From: the human T2T-CHM13v2.0 reference genome, Homo sapiens
Length of the DNA: 64,000 nt
Assembly: GCF_009914755.1 (NCBI RefSeq)
Contig: NC_060947.1
Reading direction: 5' to 3' (one strand)
Shown here: in pieces, positions 49,611 through 64,000 of the stretch
Position numbering within the stretch: the stretch's first letter is position 1
Layout: every line of letters begins with the position of its first letter
The notes under the pieces: generated by a model
Told to the model about the DNA's origin: nothing
Seen by the model: the letters and a program-made list of their open reading frames with translations, nothing else
The model's database searches: none
Position numbers and translations under genes: made by a program

Positions 49611-49615
49611 TTAAT

Positions 49616-49635
49616 TGGTGCCCTACACGTGGGGC
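49616..49635 (+). promoter_or_regulatory. Degenerate retroviral primer-binding site (closest recalled match tRNA-Lys CTT)
   Basis: TGGTGCCCTACACGTGGGGC starts 6 nt after the LTR end; compare TGGCGCCCAACGTGGGGC. Confidence 0.5.
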
Positions 49636-50554
49636 CTCAGAAAAGACTCAGAATCCTTGACGCAGTTGCCCGAACCCGGAGCTAAGTTACCCGCAGGGCC
49701 ATTGGAAGCCCTCCCTGGCTTTAGGTTTCTCCTCCAGTGGAACCGGTGAGTCCTCTGCAGCTCTGGACCTTCCATTTGGTTGATGGTCCTTGGTTCATTC
49801 TGAGCTGTTTTTCTACCTCCTTTTTATTTTTCTCCTAGGAAGTTGTTGTATAGGATCCTACTTTAGGTTTGGTGGTGCATTCTAAATGGTCTTCTCCACT
49901 GCCCTTTTCCCCCCAAATTAATGTCGATTGGCCTGTGAGTACATTTGCGTGAGAGACTGAACTGCCACTTTTGTGGCATAATTTTGAATTGCCAAACGAG
50001 AGGCTGACCTCCTCAGCTTGGAAAAGAAAGGGAGTTTTGCTCCTCCTAGCCAAAAACCACCCCTGGGTGGTAGGGGTTGAGTGGGAGTCTCTGGGGGATT
50101 GACTCCTGCCATGATGTGCAGTGACCCTACAGGGAACCACACAACAAAATTAATTTTAAGAGGCTCATCCAGGAGACAGGTGTAAGAGCTGATCACTTGC
50201 TATGTTGAGCCCTGTCAGAGGTCTAGACCTCTGGAGAGAGAAACTCAGACACGTGAAAGGGTAGAAAGACTCAGTGGTGACACACAGTGTAGTCCCTCTC
50301 ACAGCCAGCACACTTCAATCCACCCTACTAAAACCCAGGCCACAGTTTAGTTCCTCATTTTAAAATAAAAGTGGGAGACATAGCATGTAAGGATGAGGAA
50401 AGGCGGAGAGAGCGACCCCCATTTGGGCACCCCTTTTGGTTCTCTGGTTCCTCTACTTGCAAGTATTTGTGTAAGCGGGAAAAGCTTGAGGGCATGCCAG
50501 GTCAAACAAGAAGCTTCCTGTTACATATTATGTCTGTGCTTGTTCACACTTTAA

Positions 50555-53490
<2,936 letters not shown>

Positions 53491-53713
53491 TTGTCTGTAA
53501 GTTTCTATCTGTCATGAGGAAGTAATATTTCAGTACCAAATTATATGAAAGAGCTCTAATCAAATGGCTTAAAGAAAAGTAAGTGCTTATCAGACAACCA
53601 AAAGCTAGCTCAGATGCTTTTAATTGACATTCCTTTAGTAATCTTTGGTAAGACTAATTTGGTAAATTTAATTTCAAAATCCTGTCCAGTGGTTTAAAAT
53701 CTTAGAGTCACGT

Positions 53714-54342
53714 TAGATGGGACTGTTCCCCTGACCTTGACCCCCTTCGTGGGCAGGAACTGGAGTGGCTCATGTTACTCAGCCTGCAGTTTGTGGACAG
53801 CTATGTGTTAACAGCTCAGTGAAGGGTCAAGGTGACAGCCTTCTGCATCTGTCCTTTTGGACACCGACTTCTTGTTTGGTGTCCAAGAATCATCAGGTCA
53901 CACAAACTGAAAGATGATGAATGTGGAGGACTTTATTGAGCAGTGGAAGTGGCTCTTGGTGGAAGAGGAGCTGGAAAGGGGATGGTGTGTGAAGAAGGTG
54001 ATGTTTCTCTGAAGCCTAGCCTTCTCTGGCTGGGCTCCCCTCCAAAACCACACCGTCTGAAGTTAGTCATGTTTATCTGTAGTCTCCAATGCTCAGTTAC
54101 TTCTCTGCTCGCCACTCAGTAGCTTGTATCCCTGCCGGTCAGCTGCTTGTGTTGCTTTTTTCTTTTTCTTTTTCGTTTTTCTTCCTGCCAGCTGGTCTGG
54201 TCCTTATGGGCACAGGATAGGGGGCAGGGCAGGCCAAAAAGGCAATCATCTGGGCAGAGAAACGAGGTCAGCTGCTTTCACTAGGGCCGAGCTTCCAGAC
54301 TTGAGGTTGTAGTTTAGCCGGGAGCCCAGCCATCCTGTATCA
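53714..54342 (-). mobile_element. Nested ERV1 solo LTR
   Basis: GC-rich island in an AT-rich host; minus strand begins TGATACAGG; flanks ACGT/ATGT; minus-strand AATAAA near 53932. Confidence 0.72.
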
Positions 54343-54621
54343 ATGTTAGATTAAATTAGGCAATCCTAGGTTTTGCACTGGAAATTAGGGTTACTGGGAG
54401 TTGGAATAGTAGGAGAGTAAGATGTATTTTTGGTGAGGTTTATAAAAACACAAAGATGTGGTTTTTGCCAAAGAAAATGTAATGTTTAGAGGCTATTTAA
54501 AGGTCACTTTAAAATAAATGGAAAATTATGTAGATAAAACTCATTGGAGAAAGAGAAAAATAAAGAGGTGGGGAATGAGAAACCTTTGACTTTTGGGTGG
54601 CCACGTGGTCACACATGGTAA

Positions 54622-55873
<1,252 letters not shown>

Positions 55874-56267
55874 GTAAGGAGATGCAGCTGGCTTGTCTTC
55901 AGTCACTAAAGGTCAAAGCCACCAGAGGAATTTAGAGATGGATCCTACTCATAGTCCCAGGGAATTTCGTTCACTGGATATATAGCAAATGCAAATTAAT
56001 AAGGAAAAAGTGAACTATTCAATCCCTTGCTTACTGCCTCTGTAGTTGCTAAAATGAAAGTAAAAGAGTGCTGCCTTGGGCGTGAAGGCAGCACCAAGCT
56101 CAGATGTGGGTCTGTCTCAGATCAGGCCAGTGACCTCAAAGCTTCCTACACAAGGAAAAATTAAGCCACGTCAACCAAAAGTTACCTCTGAGACCTGTGA
56201 TTACCAAGAAGATAGACATGTGGAGGAAGGGCAAAACCAAGTAACTATTAAACCCAGAGGGTATTTA

Positions 56268-56485
56268 CAGGGCTGTTCAATCTTTTGGCTTCCCTGGGCC
56301 ACACTGGAAGAAAAATTGTCTTGGGCCATGCATAAAATACACAAACACTAATGATAGCTGATGAGAAAAAAAAAAGGCAAGAAAATGTCGTAACATTTTC
56401 AGAAAGTTTACACATTTGTGTTGGGCCACATTCAAAGCTGTCCTAAGCCACGTGCGGCCCGCGGGCCGTGGATTGGACAAGCTTG
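56268..56485. mobile_element. MER30-like hAT DNA transposon
   Basis: caatcttttggcttccctgggccacac...gcggcccgcgggccgtggattggacaagcttg. Confidence 0.8.
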
Positions 56486-56587
56486 AAAAGGAATTGGTTC
56501 ATCTTCTAGATTGGTATCGTCAGCTTCCTGAGTTCCCTTTTCTAAAATGGGTTGTAAGAATGACTACTTTAAGAACAGTATGTTTAA

Positions 56588-56883
56588 TTTTTTTTTTTTT
56601 GAGAAAGGGTCTCATTCTGTCACCCAGACTGGAGTGCAGTGGCATGATCTCAGCTCATCGCAACCTCCACCTCCTGGGTTCAAGTAATTCTCCCACCTCA
56701 GCCTCCTGAGAAGCTGGGATTACAGGCACACGCCACCATGCCCGGCTAATTTTTCTATTTTTTGGTAGAGATGGAATTTCACCATGTTGGCCAGACTACT
56801 CTTGAACTCCTGACCTCAGGTGATCTGCCCACCTTGGCCTCCCAAAGTGCTGGGATTACAGGCGTGATCCACTCTGCCCACCG
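56588..56883 (-). mobile_element. Alu
   Basis: Full antisense dimer. Confidence 0.9.
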
Positions 56884-57212
56884 ATATGCTTAATTTTTAA
56901 ATGCCACAGAAAGAAAGAGCATGTTTGGGCTGGTGCAGGGCCCGCAGCTCACTCACTATTAAACACTTGCTGATGAGTGTATGGGACCCAGATGCACAGG
57001 AAGTTTTTCCTGAGGAAATGGCCAGCCTGGTGGACTAGGTAAACACCACTACAAGGTCTGTTTATCCTGAAAAGGGGACTGCCCAGCCCTCCCTATAAAA
57101 TGCCAAGTGGAGCACCCTAGATAAAGCAGCTGATGTGCTTCATATGCAAGCCATGTGGGATTGGCTTAATGATGACCGGGATATTCACCAGCTGAATATG
57201 CCCATTACCCAA

Positions 57213-57582
57213 TGTATTAGTCCGTTTTCATGCTGCTGATAAAGACATACCCGAGATTGGGCAATTTACAAAAGAAAGAGGGGTAATTAGACTTACAGTT
57301 CCACGTGGTGGGGGAAGCCTCACGATCATGGTGGAGGGCAGGGAGGAACAAGTCACATCTTACATGGATGGTGGCAGGCAAAGAAAGAGAGCCAAGCGAA
57401 AGGAGTTTCTCCTTGTAAAACCATCAGATCTCGTGAGACTCATTCACTACCACAAGAATAATATGGAGGAAACTGCCACCAGAATTCAATTATCTCCCAC
57501 CAGGTCCCTCCCACAACAATGGGAATTATGGGAGATACAATTCAAGATGAGCTTTGGGTGTGGACACAGTCAAACTATATCA
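57213..57582 (-). mobile_element. THE1-type MaLR solo LTR
   Basis: TGTATTAGTCCGTTTTCATGCTGCTGATAAAGACATACC...ATATCA. Confidence 0.9.
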
Positions 57583-57594
57583 CCGAGGTCATAG

Positions 57595-58195
57595 TGTGAA
57601 AGGAAAATAAATCTCAGGACCCCAAAATCACTAAGCCAAGGGAAAAGTCAAGCTGGGAACTGTGTCAGGCAAGCCTGCCTCCCATTTGATTCTTAAATAA
57701 GACAGCTACAAAGATAAGAAGCTACATACCCCCCTCACAATTTGTGCTTAAGGAAATTCCTTGTGGACAAAGGACAGACGGAACTCAAAGTCATCCTTCC
57801 AAGGCTCCCCTGAGACAAATGCTTATCTGATAACTTCCTCTGCCTCATTGCTTATGTAAAAGTACAGATTCACGGAGCCAGCCTAAATTGTGTATTCAGT
57901 GGAAAGCTGATCAAGGACTCAAAAGAATGTAACCTTTTGTCTCGTGTCTACTTCTAATCTGAAAGCTCCCACTTCAAGTTGTCCTGAATTACTGAACTGA
58001 GCCCATGTATGTCTTACACATATTGATTGATGTCTCATGTCTCCCTAAAATATATAAAAGCAAGCTGTGCCCTGAACACCTTGGGCACATGTCGTCAGGA
58101 CTTCCTGAGGCTGTGTCACAGGTGCACGTTCTCAACCTTGGTAAAATAAACTTTCTAAATTGACTGAGACCTGTCTCAGATATTTTGGGTTCGCA
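57595..58195 (+). mobile_element. MER4A-like solo LTR
   Basis: TGTGAAAGGAAAATAAATCT...TTCGCA; perfect 4-bp TSD ATAG; TATATAAAA near 58051 and AATAAA near 58145. Confidence 0.88.
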
Positions 58196-58422
58196 ATAGA
58201 TTCTCAGTGTATTAATGATGTTAGGTGAAGAACTGTGAAGCTCATAAATTTGGAAAGGAAAGGTTTATTTCTATAAATGTTGTGGTTCAAGGGTCCCCTT
58301 CTACAAGAGCACCCCAGGTGACATTACTCTTGCAGAATCAAACAATGGTTTGAGAAACCTTATCAAATTTGCAGTTGTAGCTTTCCCTCATGGGTCTTAC
58401 AGATGCTACCAAAAGACTAGGG

Positions 58423-59150
58423 TGTCAACGAGAAGAGACAAACTGTAAATTTTTTTAAGAGGTTTATTCTGAGCCAAATATGAGTGACCATGGCCGCCCG
58501 TGACGCAGACTTCAGGAGATCCTGAGAACATGCGCCCAATGTGGTCTGCGTACAGCTTGGTTTTCTACATTTTAGGGAGACATGAGATATCGATCAATAC
58601 ATGTAAGACGTACATTGTTTCCATTCAAAAAAGGTGAGATAACTCAAAGTGGGGGATTCCAGCTCATGGATGGACAAGACACAGAAGGTTGCATTCTTTT
58701 CGGTCTTTGATCAGAATACACAATTTACATGTGACGGAGGTTGGGGGGTGGGGGTGGTGGGTAGAGGAATAGTGACTGATGCCTGTTCAGTGAATCTGCA
58801 AGTTTGCGTAAACAATAGGGCAGGGGAATCTATCAGATATGCATTTGTCTCAGGTGAGCAGAGAGGGCTGACTTTCACTTCTGTCTCTCCTTTGACCCAC
58901 ACCTGTGAAGATAAGCCAAGGTGAAATTGAACAGAACTGTTTTAGGGTAAAGATCTTGAGGTCCACAAAAAATTTCTTTGTGGGCAAATTATGAAAGAGG
59001 TATGTAGCTTTTTGTTTTGTTTTGTTTGTTTGTTTGTTTGTTTTTGTCTCCATAGCTGTCTTATTTAGGAGAAAATGGGAGGCAGGTTTTTCTGATGCAG
59101 TTCCCAGCTTGCCTTTTCCCCTTGGCTTGGGGATTTTGGTTTCCTTTCAC
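58423..59150 (-). mobile_element. MER4-group solo LTR, antisense
   Basis: Reverse complement of motifs in the adjacent LTR (cagttcccagcttgccttttccccttggctt...ttcctttcac). Confidence 0.82.
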
Positions 59151-59269
59151 TAATTAACAAACAAAATTAATAAATTAACAAACAAAAACAGGGAAGGGAA
59201 AAGTGAGTCAAAGGGCTCATGCCAGAAGGGTGGAAATCTTTAGATAATTATTTTGTTATTATTATTAAT

Positions 59270-60527
<1,258 letters not shown>

Positions 60528-60823
60528 ATAACTGAACTCTTTCTACCGATTTCCAGTGAGAAAATCTATGCATCTATCTATGACCTGCAAGCCCCCACTT
60601 TGAAGTGTGTCACCTTTCCTGGCTGAACCAATGTCCATCTTACATGTATTGAGGGGTGTCTTATGTCTCCCTAAAATGCATAAAGCCAATCTGTAACTCA
60701 ACAACCCTGAGCACATGTTCTCAGGATCTCCTGAGGGCTGTGCTATGGGCCAGTAGTCACTCATATTTGGCTCAGAATAAATATCTTAGAATAGTTTACA
60801 GAGTTTGACCCTTTTCATCAGCA
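60528..60823 (+). mobile_element. 3' half of a MER4-group LTR
   Basis: Aligns by eye with 49350-49610 (ccaatgt...tcaggat/ac...tttacagagtttgac...ttttcat..CA); keeps AATAAA at about 60776. Confidence 0.75.
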
Positions 60824-61115
60824 GAGGCATACACTCTTGCTATGGGATGTTAACCGAAGCTAATGGAAATAATGGTGTCCAAAAGAGTTCCGTGATGAAA
60901 CGTAAATGGTTCATGTAGGACCTGCTACCTGGGGAATGCAAAGATAATATACAAGGAGGGAGCTTCTTTTTCCTCTTCAGACTGACTCTGTAACTGTGAG
61001 AAGATTTTTGCCTTCCAAAGTTATTAGTGTGTTCATTTTTATCTCTTAGGAAAAAAGTGGCAAAGTTGGAGATGGTGTACACTTTCCTTTATTGCTTGAC
61101 TGAGGTTAAAAATTT

Positions 61116-64000
<2,885 letters not shown>

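Noticed and set aside
49130-49611. 145-aa and 90-aa ORFs as retroviral genes
   Set aside because: They lie within LTR sequence, show no gag/pol/env motifs, and the 145-aa one starts at GTG.

Overview
This is primate (very probably human Xp22.33) genomic DNA containing the complete, intact arylsulfatase H gene (ARSH) on the + strand. Nine coding exons run from ATG 15092 to TGA 41859; spliced by hand they give 1689 nt = 562 aa, with GT-AG junctions, compatible phases and the FGly motif CTPSR. The rest of the window is mostly transposable elements (Alu, L1, MIR, MaLR/THE1, hAT DNA transposons), a 1.6 kb A/T-only minisatellite, and a heavily nested, decayed MER4-group endogenous retrovirus region at about 49.2-61 kb. 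Nearly all ORFs in the supplied track are repeat or low-complexity artefacts. I see no wholly new biological system. The best observation is a hidden 41-nt exon at 8655-8695 with a better-context ATG. It splices in frame onto an acceptor at 15033/15034 and would add a 27-aa signal-peptide-like leader that the 562-aa ARSH protein lacks. Second is a sense-oriented LTR promoter with a consensus splice donor at 49.4-49.75 kb, a candidate 5' end for the next gene (ARSF, from recall). Repeat subfamily names are from memory of consensus sequences and need RepeatMasker/Dfam confirmation. Repeat boundaries are approximate unless a target-site duplication (TSD) is quoted.
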